Part shown: piece after piece, positions 1 to 9,960 of the stretch | Numbering within the stretch: the first letter of the stretch is position 1 | Layout of the letters: each line of letters opens with the position of its first letter | Source of the DNA: an uncultured delta proteobacterium | GTDB taxonomy: Bacteria > Desulfobacterota > WTBG01 > CAIYCZ01 | NCBI GenBank assembly: GCA_963803975.1 | Contig: CAWDOY010000047.1 | Span: 1-64,000, forward strand | Length of the DNA stretch: 64,000 nucleotides | Reading direction: 5' to 3' | Translations under genes and position numbers: made by a program | Notes under the pieces: model-generated | What the model saw: the letters and a program-made list of their open reading frames with translations, nothing else | Told to the model about the DNA's origin: nothing | Database searches by the model: none

Positions 1-977
1 AATAGCCCACCAGGGTAACAGAAAGAACATTCCTGAATTCCTCCTGAAAACGCGGGTACTTTTCCCAGAAGTATTCAACTGACGGAGATGCGCCGCATAA
101 CACCATGATGGCCTGCTCTCCATGCACGCCGGTTGCTATTTCAGCATGTCCTATTGCATACATCACATCAGCAATAATTTCTTTCGCGGGGAACTTGATA
201 AGATTCAGCCGGAAGCGGTCATCGGGGAATTCAGCGGAATAGTTCGGGTTAGTGCCTTTTACCGGAAATGTCCGGGGGCCCGGATAGGGAAAAAGCTTCA
301 CCGCCATTGCCGTAACCATTCCCAGGCCTCCCATATGACCCGAGTCAGCTCTCAGCAGCCCTTTCAGATTCAATCCCGCGCAATCCCCCCAGAACCAGTC
401 AGCCTGGGCACTGCCCCTGGAGCCAATGCGCAGCAGCTCTCCATTGGGCAGCACCCAGTCACACCCAAGCACGCCCCCGGTTGAAGCCGAACTTATGGCT
501 TGTGCCGCCCAGCCCGAAAGACAGGTTATTGGCGACAACCGATACCTGCGAACCGGCCTCAGGGGTATTCAACGTCAGCCCTGCTTTCATGGTCTCTGCC
601 TGGAGCTGGGCGTAGGTTACATAGGGCTGGACCACCGCGTACATGTTCTGTTCATCAATTGCAAGGACCCGGTTCATGCGTTTCGGGTCAATGATGATCG
701 TATCGGAACGGGTGGGAACCGTGGGGGGAATAAAATTAGTACCGACTGGAATGTAGTTAAACTGGTAGCGATTTGCAAGTTTGATTATTGTCTGTATATC
801 CTCAGTTGTGCCGGGAATCACCACCGCCGCAGGAAAATAGCGTCCTGATTGTGCATGGGTAGCATAGATAAGCCGTTGTACGCTGTACAGCGCGCCGGTC
901 ACAGCAGGATCATCACAAACATGTTCCGGACCGAGTGCTTCTGCCAGAGCCTGATATGCCCCTGGTGGTAAACTCAT
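1..977 (-). CDS. FAD-binding oxidoreductase (GlcD/VAO-PCMH fold), frameshifted near 475, runs off window edge
   Basis: ORF 459..977 has PAAVVIPGTTEDIQ...IDPKRMNRVLAID...VVQPYVTY. Removing one G from a G5 run near 475 continues into GVLGCDWVLPNGELLRIGS...GHMGGLGMVTAMAVKL, the expected next motifs. Confidence 0.8.
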
Positions 978-1065
978 TGCCTCATTCTCCCAGCAGCGTT
1001 ACTATCAATTCTGTCCCCGGCATCGTAAACAACAGCGGGTACTGATGTGCTATTCTAAATTAGTT

Positions 1066-1089
1066 AGTGCACTGACCAGTCAGTTCACT
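1066..1089. promoter_or_regulatory. Imperfect palindrome, candidate repressor operator upstream of the first FAD oxidoreductase
   Basis: AGTGCACTGAC-CA-GTCAGTTCACT, about 90 bp upstream of the ATG at 977. Confidence 0.45.
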
Positions 1090-1338
1090 TTTATGGTGTT
1101 ACCGCAGCAATAAATTATCCTGTACTGTTTTATCTTCTGCAATAAGGCATGCACCGGCTATGGGGTGTATTGCGCCGGCACGGTGGTAATGTTACTTTAT
1201 TTGGGCAGTTACCAGCTTCCAGTTCTTACCCCCGTCCTCGGTATGATAAATGGTGCCGGAATCGCCTATTGCCCAGCCATTACGTGCATCGCAAAAGCTT
1301 ATGTCGCAAAGCCACCGTGACAGCGCAATGTCAAATTT

Positions 1339-2250
1339 TTACCAGGTTTCGCCTCCATTCTCAGTGTGAAGGATACATTTATGACCGACAGCAAATCCGT
1401 TCTTCTCGCCGGCAAAGGCAATGCTGTTAAGCATAAAGTTCACCCCGCTCTTTTGCATCACCCATGTTGCACCACCATCCGCAGTGTGCAGAATAACCCC
1501 TTCTCCGCCAGCTATCCAGGCAGTGTTATTGTCCAGGACCGCTACCTTGTATAATACCGCGCTTGTTCCGCTTGACTGCTGCTGCCAGGTTTCACCTCCA
1601 TCGACAGTGCGCAGGATAATGCCGGGATGCCCGATTGCGTAGCCATTGCGCGCATCACTGAACCTGACGCCAAAGAGCGAGGGGAGGAATTTCCTGTTTA
1701 GCTGCCTGAGCACATCCTGCACCTTCTTCTGCAGTATCCATGTTTTCCCCCCGTCCACTGTTTTTAACAGGGAGCCTTCATGGCCTGCAGCCCAGGCAGT
1801 GCTGGCATCAAGGCACTGAACGCCCCGCAGGTTGCCGGTGAGCCCGCTCTGCTGCGGTGACCAGGTAGTTCCCCCGTTTGTGGTATGGAGAATAATGCCG
1901 CCTTCTCCCACTGCCCAGCCATTAGAGTCATCACAAAAGCTCACATCATATAAATGAAGCTTTTCACCGCTTTTTTGCAGCGACCACGTTTTGCCTCCGT
2001 CCCTGGTGCATACGATGGCACCCCCCTTCCCCACCAGCCAGCCATTATTCTGGCCGCTGAAACACAGGCCAAACAGGCTCGAGTTCATAACCACAGAGGA
2101 AGATTCTGTCTGAGGTGCTGCTGTATCAGGTATTGCTGATTCGCTCTTTATGCTGACCGGCGTCAAGCCAAAAACTAAACATATCGCTATCGTTAAAACC
2201 AGTATGTTCGCCGCAAAAACTCCTGCACGAGATTGTTTGTCCATCACCAC
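1339..2250 (-). CDS. YCF48-like BNR/Asp-box beta-propeller protein, exported
   Basis: N-terminal hydrophobic segment and repeated GWAVGxxGxILxTxDGGxTW motifs. Confidence 0.85.
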   Translation of the reverse strand: MVMDKQSRAGVFAANILVLTIAICLVFGLTPVSIKSESAIPDTAAPQTESSSVVMNSSLFGLCFSGQNNGWLVGKGGAIVCTRDGGKTWSLQKSGEKLHLYDVSFCDDSNGWAVGEGGIILHTTNGGTTWSPQQSGLTGNLRGVQCLDASTAWAAGHEGSLLKTVDGGKTWILQKKVQDVLRQLNRKFLPSLFGVRFSDARNGYAIGHPGIILRTVDGGETWQQQSSGTSAVLYKVAVLDNNTAWIAGGEGVILHTADGGATWVMQKSGVNFMLNSIAFAGEKNGFAVGHKCILHTENGGETW

Positions 2251-2261
2251 ACCTCCGTATT

Positions 2262-4643
2262 CTACTTTTTAACAAATCGATGCATAAACTTGGGCTTTAT
2301 TAACCAGGCAAGGTTTGGAACAAAGATGATGGACCCCAGTCCATTCAGGAAGATAATGGTTCCCACCATGAGCCCCAGCTCCATGTGGAATTTCAACGGA
2401 GAAAAAACGAAGATAACGCACCCGAGCACAACAGCCATCATGGTAAAGAAAACCGCTCTTCCCGTGGTGGTCAGGGCTCTCGCGCTGGATTTTACATAAT
2501 CACCATTTGTGGCGCTCAATTCCTCCTGCATGCGCACAATGACGTAAATTACATAATCCACGCCAATGCCGATGCCCAGTGAGGCTACCGGCATGGTATA
2601 GAGGCTTAAGGGGATGCCGGCAAAACCCATGACGCCGTAGCACACAAGCACCCGTGTATACAGGGATATCATGATAAGCGTTGCGCCTACGATCGAGCGC
2701 AGCAGCACGGCACAGAAAAAGAAGACAATGGAGGTAATCTGCAGCATGTTTACGAGCAGGCCGCTTCCCAGTTCTTCATTTATTGCGCCAACCACCCCGG
2801 CAAGTCCGCCGGCTATCTCCACGGTCACCCCTTTAGCGGTCCAGTTTTTGGCTACATAGTCTTTGGTTTTCGCTATGACATCCCGTATGGTCTGGGCCTC
2901 CATGTCTTTTAAAAAGACGTTGATGTTGGTGTTTTTATATTCATAGTCTATGAGAAAATCAAATTCACCGGCAGTGCCCAGGCTGTACAAGAAGAGGTAC
3001 TCTCCCACCGCCCGCTGCACCATCTCCGTATCCTCATAATAGCCGATGTCCGGATCTCCGATGCGGGGAATGTGGTAATAGCGCTCATCGCCATCGTGGA
3101 TAACAACATTCATCCGTTTCAAGAAATCAATAACCGACAGGCTGCCGCCGACTTTCGGGTCCAGGTTGAGATAATCCTGAAGATGTTCAATATTTTTCAG
3201 CACATCCTGTCTCTGAATGTCATTCTCCGCAGAGCCTTTTATGATGAGCGAGTAGGATATGGCGCCGGGGAATTTTTTGGCGATATTTGCCGTCTCCACC
3301 GCATAGGGTGAATCCATGTAGAACGCTCCCGCGCCCGGCGCCTGGCCGCCGATCTGCATTTTGCTGGTCCCTATGAGCCCCACCACTACCAATACTGCCA
3401 GCAGCGCCATAAATGACCAGGCACCTTTATTTGTAGTGGAATGGCGCGATATCCATAGCAGCCCCTTGTTCAGGAAACCGCCCGCCTCTTCCTCGCGCCG
3501 CACCGTGCTCTGTTTTGGCGTCGGCAGAAAGGAAAAGCAGACCGGCAGAAATATGAGCACCATGAACGTGATGCTGGCCAGGGAAAGGGTGCCGATAATA
3601 GCCAGCAGTTTCAGCATGCGGATTTTAACCGTTATCATGGTGAGAAAGCCGAAGGCGTCCGTTGTTACCGAAACCAGGGCAGGAGCCATCAGTGCCGCTA
3701 TCGATTCCGTGGCAGCAGCCTTTGACGTACAGCCCTTGGCACATTCTTCGTAATACCGTTTCACAACCTGGACTGAATGGCTTATCCCGATGGCCAGGAT
3801 CAGAAAGGGTATAACCGCAGCCATGGGATCCATTGAATACCCGAGGATCGCCAGCAGCCCAAGCCCCCAGGCCACGCTGATGAGAGCTGTCACGAGCGGC
3901 AAAATAACGCCCGCGACGGTCCTGAAGCACAAGTACAGCAGGCTGGCCATTACCAGCAGGGCAATGCCGAATAAGGGGATAAGTTTATGCTGGTAAAAAT
4001 CGATCCAGCCCAGCATAATCGGCCTGCCGGAGATGTTGATAATGGTGTTCGCATCTGTTTCCTGCTCCTGAATTTCGCGCAAGTCCTTAAACAGTTTTTT
4101 GTAGCTGATGTCTTCTTTAAAGTCCGCCCTGATTATTGCCGCTTTAAAGTCAGTTGAAACATACTGGCCGTAAATAAGCTCGTCGCTTAAAATGGCTTCT
4201 TTTAATTCCTGCGTTTGTTCCGGGGTTTGCGGTATCATCACGAGCAGGCGTTTGCTGATCCATCCATCGGGGTATCCCTTGGTCATTTTCACTTTTGTAT
4301 CAGCGATAGAATGCAGCCGGGCAGCAATGACCCCGTCTAAAAACATAATGTCCCGGTTGATGCGCAGGATTTTTTTCAGGGTGTCCTGATTCAAGATGTC
4401 GCCTTTTTTTACCTCCACCTCCACCTGAATCATATTGCCGCCTTTAAACCATTTTTCCATCAGCTTCTGGACCTGCACGTACGGATGGCCCATGGGCGCA
4501 AAATCATCCAGGTTGGTAATGACCGCTATGCCGGCAAACCTGCTCATAAAGAAGACCGAAAGCCCGCCAACAATTATAAGCAGCAGAACCCTGAATTTAA
4601 TAATAAACTCGGCGGTGATCCTGCTGTATGTTTTCTTTGTCAT
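2262..4643 (-). CDS. MMPL/RND-superfamily transporter
   Basis: 793 aa with two TM repeats separated by soluble domains; LAIGISHSVQ and GIGIGVDY motifs. Confidence 0.9.
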   Translation of the reverse strand: MTKKTYSRITAEFIIKFRVLLLIIVGGLSVFFMSRFAGIAVITNLDDFAPMGHPYVQVQKLMEKWFKGGNMIQVEVEVKKGDILNQDTLKKILRINRDIMFLDGVIAARLHSIADTKVKMTKGYPDGWISKRLLVMIPQTPEQTQELKEAILSDELIYGQYVSTDFKAAIIRADFKEDISYKKLFKDLREIQEQETDANTIINISGRPIMLGWIDFYQHKLIPLFGIALLVMASLLYLCFRTVAGVILPLVTALISVAWGLGLLAILGYSMDPMAAVIPFLILAIGISHSVQVVKRYYEECAKGCTSKAAATESIAALMAPALVSVTTDAFGFLTMITVKIRMLKLLAIIGTLSLASITFMVLIFLPVCFSFLPTPKQSTVRREEEAGGFLNKGLLWISRHSTTNKGAWSFMALLAVLVVVGLIGTSKMQIGGQAPGAGAFYMDSPYAVETANIAKKFPGAISYSLIIKGSAENDIQRQDVLKNIEHLQDYLNLDPKVGGSLSVIDFLKRMNVVIHDGDERYYHIPRIGDPDIGYYEDTEMVQRAVGEYLFLYSLGTAGEFDFLIDYEYKNTNINVFLKDMEAQTIRDVIAKTKDYVAKNWTAKGVTVEIAGGLAGVVGAINEELGSGLLVNMLQITSIVFFFCAVLLRSIVGATLIMISLYTRVLVCYGVMGFAGIPLSLYTMPVASLGIGIGVDYVIYVIVRMQEELSATNGDYVKSSARALTTTGRAVFFTMMAVVLGCVIFVFSPLKFHMELGLMVGTIIFLNGLGSIIFVPNLAWLIKPKFMHRFVKK

Positions 4644-4691
4644 GTTCCTAATTCCTTTCTCTGCTCCGTCACAAGCTTCTGCGGTCTCTCA

Positions 4692-6416
4692 CTAAAAGCT
4701 GTATTTCAATTGCGTGTAAATCTGGCTTTGCCGGTTAAACTGGCCCAGGGTATCATAATGCTGGCCTAAAAAGATTTGAGCCCCCAGGCTTGCTTTGACG
4801 TTCTGCGTCACCTCCCACCATAGCTTAGGTGACATCCACCATTCACCAACTGTTCCATAGGCAATAAGAGCTGACATACCCACCTGATCGTTAAACCGCT
4901 TGAAGGGCTTTGACACGACAAAGGTAAAATGAGTGTCGAGGGCTTTTTTCTCTTTCAATGACAGGCCCTTGACCATATGTCCGGGAGCTTCAAGGACAAT
5001 ATTCTGGATAATCTGGCCGCTGAGGAACCAGTCGGTAAACACCGTTCGGTCAAATCCCAGGCAGTAGTCCAGGGTATTTTTCTTCTTTTCCATGGACTGC
5101 GATGATTTACCGCCTGTCAGCGGATTAACCGCCACGTATTTATGCAGGGTAAGGGCGCCCTCACCCCTGAACGCCCATTTGCCAATGACCTTATTAAAGG
5201 TGGCTCCCAAAACGTGATTTCGGGTATACTTACGCTCAATGGTTGTAGGCGCGAGAAGAAATATATCAGTAACCCCCGGAATCGAATGGTGAGAATTGAC
5301 ATTGCCGACGCCCGGCATAAACCAGCCCTTGACAAAAGGCGCCCAGCTGTAATCCCAGGTGTACAAATAGCTGAACGTGTATGAGAGCGCGCCGCGTTGC
5401 ATCTGCTTGACTCCGCCGTAGCGTACCCCGAAGTTGGAGTTCTTAATAGTTTCGGCAGGTTCTTTGTACTTATTCTTATAGTGGTAGCCCCGTCCAAACA
5501 GATTATATTGATCCACATATGAAAAGGCCCTGTCGCCCGCATAGTAAACGCTAAGCTCATCTACTGCCCACTGGCTCCCTTCCTTCATTATCTGGTTTGC
5601 CTCAAAATCAGGGATCCAAACAAACTCAAGGTACTGGTCCGGCTTATCCTCCAGAAACCGCCATTTAAGGTCAACGCTCCACTGCGGTATGCGGCTGTCC
5701 TCGTAATCATCAAGAATGAATTCCCGCAGATCAAAGGGATTGACCAGGTCCAGGAGCCTGAATCCGTCGATCTCACCCCACACAATCATCTGTTTCCCGA
5801 TGCGCAGGTCCATCTGCGGAATGTTATAATCCACATAAAACTCCCGGGGGATCCGCTTGGAAGCGCGCCAGTGCAAATCATTCCGGTAATACCGCCCGGC
5901 ATTGCCTTTCCCATGATACGCGCCGGGAAGTCCGCCTGCACGCCAGCCCTGATCGTTGGTCAGATCATACATTGAATCGACCAGCGTGTAGATGCGGCCG
6001 AAAATTGACAGTTTTTCATTATCGCAATCCTTAATCTTGTACAGCATCTTCATGTTAAAGCTGTTTTCAAATTTCTCCAGCGAGTCCCTGTGTTTCACTA
6101 TGTTTTGCCGCGACAGCCCGTTCACTAAAAAGGCCGCAGGGTGACCGAAATTCCCCAGCCCGGGGGCAACTGTTTTGTATTTGAAGATATCTTTCAGTCC
6201 GGGATTTGACGTGTAATGCCATGCGGTATCATTCTGAATATAACCCCACACTTCCAGTCTTGGGTCCCCGGTATCTAACGCGTAAGCGCCCTGGCACATA
6301 CAAGCCATCGCCAGGCATGCTGTTAAGAATAATACGTGGAGCTTTACGCTGAAAATATTTTTCTTTTGTTGTAGCATTGTTTGCCCCTCCCTCGCTGCCC
6401 TGGAATATATGATCAT
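4692..6416 (-). CDS. DUF1302-like outer-membrane beta-barrel protein (true start may be 6377)
   Basis: Signal peptide; REFYVD...LRIGKQMIVWGEIDGFRLLDLVNPFDLREF; C-terminal LKYSF barrel signature. Confidence 0.8.
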   Translation of the reverse strand: MIIYSRAAREGQTMLQQKKNIFSVKLHVLFLTACLAMACMCQGAYALDTGDPRLEVWGYIQNDTAWHYTSNPGLKDIFKYKTVAPGLGNFGHPAAFLVNGLSRQNIVKHRDSLEKFENSFNMKMLYKIKDCDNEKLSIFGRIYTLVDSMYDLTNDQGWRAGGLPGAYHGKGNAGRYYRNDLHWRASKRIPREFYVDYNIPQMDLRIGKQMIVWGEIDGFRLLDLVNPFDLREFILDDYEDSRIPQWSVDLKWRFLEDKPDQYLEFVWIPDFEANQIMKEGSQWAVDELSVYYAGDRAFSYVDQYNLFGRGYHYKNKYKEPAETIKNSNFGVRYGGVKQMQRGALSYTFSYLYTWDYSWAPFVKGWFMPGVGNVNSHHSIPGVTDIFLLAPTTIERKYTRNHVLGATFNKVIGKWAFRGEGALTLHKYVAVNPLTGGKSSQSMEKKKNTLDYCLGFDRTVFTDWFLSGQIIQNIVLEAPGHMVKGLSLKEKKALDTHFTFVVSKPFKRFNDQVGMSALIAYGTVGEWWMSPKLWWEVTQNVKASLGAQIFLGQHYDTLGQFNRQSQIYTQLKYSF

Positions 6417-6457
6417 CTCCAGGGCAGGCGATTAAATAAAAACCCGTTAGTTACATC

Positions 6458-7582
6458 TCATCTGCCTGTGCCAACCATAGATGACTGGGTAAACTGGTAC
6501 TCCTTTATGGCCGGGGAGTTTGCCACCTGGCTTATAACGTCGTGAAACGTGGAATGTCCCGTTGTAAGAGTTTTGATGAACCACCAGTTCTGGGACCAGG
6601 TGGGGCCGGGCACACCCGGCTGTTCGCCGATTTTTATATAGGTTCTTTTGAAATATTTTATGTGTCTTCCTTTTTCATCATAGTAGTCCTGGCACAGAGA
6701 AAATTTAAGGTCCTTATGATACCAGGTAACTTTCTTGGCGTAATAGGTAGGCCACTGGGGAATGCTTTCCACCACGTAGCACATGGGACCCAGGTTATCC
6801 GTCTTCGGTTTTCTCCCCGGATCTAAAGGGAACTTGAAAGGATATTTGTGCTCGATACCAGGACATTTATCACGATCTGCTCCGACTTTACCGGCACATC
6901 CGGGTTCAAAAACGTGTTCCCATGCCGCAGTGCCAGGCTCATCATATATCTTTTCGTCCCATTGTGTGGGGTACGGGGCCTCCCGCAAGATGCGGTGCTT
7001 TTCCTCATCCACTTTTATATCAGCGGCATCCGCCCAGGTACAGTCAGAGCCGAAGAAGGAGTCATCCCGGTCCGCAGCAGATATGCGTCTGATCTTCCGC
7101 AGAGAGGGCACATACATCCAGTAATCACTTTCTTTCTTGGGATCGTAATAGGTGATCATCAGGGCTTTCATGCCCTTCACTTCATTCGGTGATAGAAAAT
7201 TAAAATTACCTTTAACTTCTATTCCTGATTCCGGCGGCATGGTCATCTGCTGCCTGGTAACCACCCGTTCACGCACCTGCCCGTCCTCCCTGAGCAGCGG
7301 CAGCCTGCCGAAAGCAACATCCCAGGTTTTAAACTGCATGAACTTCATGTAATACAGGTTCATAACCTGAATATCCCTGGCAGAAATGCCGTACTGCTTC
7401 TTTTCATTCTCCAACTGCGCAATGTACGCGGGATCCTTTATAGCGACGCCCTTATATTGCTCTAAATATTTTTCAAGCGTTATCCCCATGACCTCCTCCG
7501 CCAGAGCCTGTGTCGATAGAGAAAAACTGAGCATGATGCTCAAGGCTATAATGGAAAATAAAAAACCTCTTTTCGTTTTCAT
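6458..7582 (-). CDS. Outer-membrane lipoprotein-sorting (LolA-like / DUF1329-like) protein
   Basis: Signal peptide; FLSPNEVKG...DYWMYVPSLRKIRRISAADRDDSFFGSDCTWAD; DYYDEKGRHIK. Confidence 0.85.
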   Translation of the reverse strand: MKTKRGFLFSIIALSIMLSFSLSTQALAEEVMGITLEKYLEQYKGVAIKDPAYIAQLENEKKQYGISARDIQVMNLYYMKFMQFKTWDVAFGRLPLLREDGQVRERVVTRQQMTMPPESGIEVKGNFNFLSPNEVKGMKALMITYYDPKKESDYWMYVPSLRKIRRISAADRDDSFFGSDCTWADAADIKVDEEKHRILREAPYPTQWDEKIYDEPGTAAWEHVFEPGCAGKVGADRDKCPGIEHKYPFKFPLDPGRKPKTDNLGPMCYVVESIPQWPTYYAKKVTWYHKDLKFSLCQDYYDEKGRHIKYFKRTYIKIGEQPGVPGPTWSQNWWFIKTLTTGHSTFHDVISQVANSPAIKEYQFTQSSMVGTGR

Positions 7583-7808
7583 TATTTCTCTCCCTCCTTT
7601 TCAAATTAGATTTTCTGATAATTTTTACTGGCTTAAAGCTTCACAATGATATGAATAGCCCTCCTTTCCCTGTTTATAATATCAATTAAGACCGTTACTC
7701 ATTACTCGCTAAAAACATGCCTTCAGTGCAGCGGGCCGTTTCGTATCCAGACGCTGCTTGTGCCGCCTCAGCAGGGCAACACCGTGTGATATGAGAGCCG
7801 GCGACGCA

Positions 7809-7856
7809 ATAAAAAACCGCCGACAGGGATATAGTGTCTATACCCTGAAGACGGTA
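7809..7856 (-). terminator. Hairpin plus U-tract inside the leader of the envelope-transport operon (possible attenuator)
   Basis: Minus strand ACCGTC-TT-CAGGGTATAG-ACA-CTATATCCCTG-TC-GGCGGT followed by a T run. Confidence 0.5.
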
Positions 7857-8238
7857 TCTTGGTTCCTAACCCACTTTCCGACGCAGAGTTATTCATAATT
7901 TCTGCCTTTGTGGTGCTAAGGATAAAGCGTGCTGCATTATTTGGTTATGTGCTTTACGTTGCTCCGCTTAAGTCGTTCTTACGATTTACTTGTCGTATTT
8001 CGGTTCAATAGTAGGCTCCTTTTGAGAATACTGGATTCAGTTAATACCGCGGGTTGTGCAGTTCTCACTGGAATAGGGAATTATTGAGCAACACTTATTA
8101 TTATTTGGTTATGCAGTCAAGAATTTTGTTAACAATATTCAGGGAAAATCCCCGCCTTGTTTTGAGATGTTTACCGGATTCATGCAGTTTTCCTCCCCTC
8201 CGCTCCCGCACTCATTGCAGAGTTAGTCTGTTCTCCCG

Positions 8239-9960
8239 TTATTCCACTGCTCCCAGTCCCTGCAGTGCGCGCATCTGGTTGAACATATTCTTGAATTCCT
8301 TGGGGAACTGCTGCCATTCCTCCTCGGTAAAAACCTGGCGCCCCGGCGAGGCCACCCCGTTGGGATCAAACACCTTCCTGATCTTCCTCATGAACAGATG
8401 CCCATTGGGACCTGCTTCCGGGAACATGGTGGTGAACGGCTCTACATTTAAAAACGCCATCAGCATGGGCCCCATGTCATGTTTTATAAATGTAGCAGCG
8501 CCATAAATCCCAAAGCCTGCTGCTTTCTTGATCTCGTCCGGCAGCGTTGGATCTGGATAGTTATCGGTCTCAAACAGACAGAAATGGCCGCGCTGAAGCG
8601 CATAGATAAACGGGGTGTCATCCGCACCGCCCCGGTCGGTTATGTCAACCTCGCCAAACATCTCAAGCGCCTTCTTCCACTCGCGCGAAGTCTTGAATGC
8701 ATTATCTAACGGCCCCTGCGGCAGCCAGGCATTAAGATATGCCTTGCGATTCATCCGGTATCCGGTGGAATGCCGTATGCAGTCATAATTCCATGGCTTG
8801 AGGGCTTCAAGCACTTCCGGCTTATAGGATTCTGAAAGGAAGGTGCCGCCATGCTCCTGGATAATCTGCTGGAGAACCTTTTCCTCATATTCGATCTGCT
8901 TATCCGAACTGGTGTTGGCAAGGATGATATAGTTGTTCCAGTCGGGGAAAAATTTATTTTTGCAGCGCTCGACCGTCATGTCCTGAGTTTGTGAGCAGTA
9001 AAATGCTGAATACACGCCGGTAGCATTCAGTCCAATAGCTATACCGGAATGGGCAATCTCCCGCATTGCCTTAATCTGCGATTTAAAATCCTTGTATTCA
9101 ACCCAGTAGAGTTTATGGTTTTTCAAGGCTGCAGGCGGATTGTCATATTTCGGGTCATGCACATCAGCTAAACTGGGTCTCCCCGCCGGGAACTCCGGGA
9201 ATGCCTTATCTCCAACCCACGAATGAAGTTTGACCGTAATTTCTGTTACAATGCCGTTGGTGCCAATACCCGACCGCTGCAGCCCGAGCAGGTCCGGCCC
9301 CGGACCATATTCCCAGAAATCACCGGCTTTTGGCATGCAGCGTGATCCGGTGGTAAGAATTTCCCCATCAGGAAGCACCATTTTGACACTCACTATGTTG
9401 CGGCTGAACAGCCCGTACTTTAAGTCTGTCTGCCACAGCCCGGCAAAGGCAAACTGTGAAGCGAGCTTGCAGAGAGACGTTGCCAGCGGGCTGCCGCCAT
9501 TCCACAGCCCCCGCTTCATCGTCTCAGCCTGCAGCTGCCCATAATCAACATACGCCTCCAGCGTGGCATTCATGTTTTCCACATCAATATGAATAATTTT
9601 GTTCATGCGCGACAGGTGGATGATCAGCGTGGGGTCCGGCGTCGTGGGATTACAAAATACCTGCCCATTGGTAAAGGGAATAAACGGAACGTGGTAGCGG
9701 TTGCAAATCCGCACGATGGTCTGAATCTCTTCCGTTGATGCGGGAAGCACCACGCACGCCGGCAGTACATGAGGATCTTTCTCATGCTTTTTAATATAAC
9801 TAAAACCCTCAATGGAAAGCTTGCTGTAGGTCTCCACCACCGAGCGCTGCTCATAAATCCACTGCTCCCCGACCACGCTCTTCAAGGCATTGTAAACTTC
9901 CCGGGGCAACTTTTTTTGAATCACTTTTTGCTTCATGGTATCCATCGTTTGCTCCCCCAC
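8239..9960 (-). CDS. FAD-binding oxidoreductase (GlcD/VAO-PCMH fold)
   Basis: PACVVLPASTEEIQ, LSRMNKI, VLPDGEILTTGS, GPGPDLLGL...GTNGIVTEITVKL, C-terminal KIRKVFDPNGVASPG. Confidence 0.9.
   Translation of the reverse strand: MGEQTMDTMKQKVIQKKLPREVYNALKSVVGEQWIYEQRSVVETYSKLSIEGFSYIKKHEKDPHVLPACVVLPASTEEIQTIVRICNRYHVPFIPFTNGQVFCNPTTPDPTLIIHLSRMNKIIHIDVENMNATLEAYVDYGQLQAETMKRGLWNGGSPLATSLCKLASQFAFAGLWQTDLKYGLFSRNIVSVKMVLPDGEILTTGSRCMPKAGDFWEYGPGPDLLGLQRSGIGTNGIVTEITVKLHSWVGDKAFPEFPAGRPSLADVHDPKYDNPPAALKNHKLYWVEYKDFKSQIKAMREIAHSGIAIGLNATGVYSAFYCSQTQDMTVERCKNKFFPDWNNYIILANTSSDKQIEYEEKVLQQIIQEHGGTFLSESYKPEVLEALKPWNYDCIRHSTGYRMNRKAYLNAWLPQGPLDNAFKTSREWKKALEMFGEVDITDRGGADDTPFIYALQRGHFCLFETDNYPDPTLPDEIKKAAGFGIYGAATFIKHDMGPMLMAFLNVEPFTTMFPEAGPNGHLFMRKIRKVFDPNGVASPGRQVFTEEEWQQFPKEFKNMFNQMRALQGLGAVE

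Noticed and set aside
459..500. TGA at 459 as selenocysteine or programmed readthrough
   Set aside because: Homology continues in a different frame, which indicates an indel rather than stop recoding.
7890..7912. Possible sigma54 promoter in the transport-operon leader
   Set aside because: The GG-N10-GC spacing is not satisfied (it reads GG-N10-GA).
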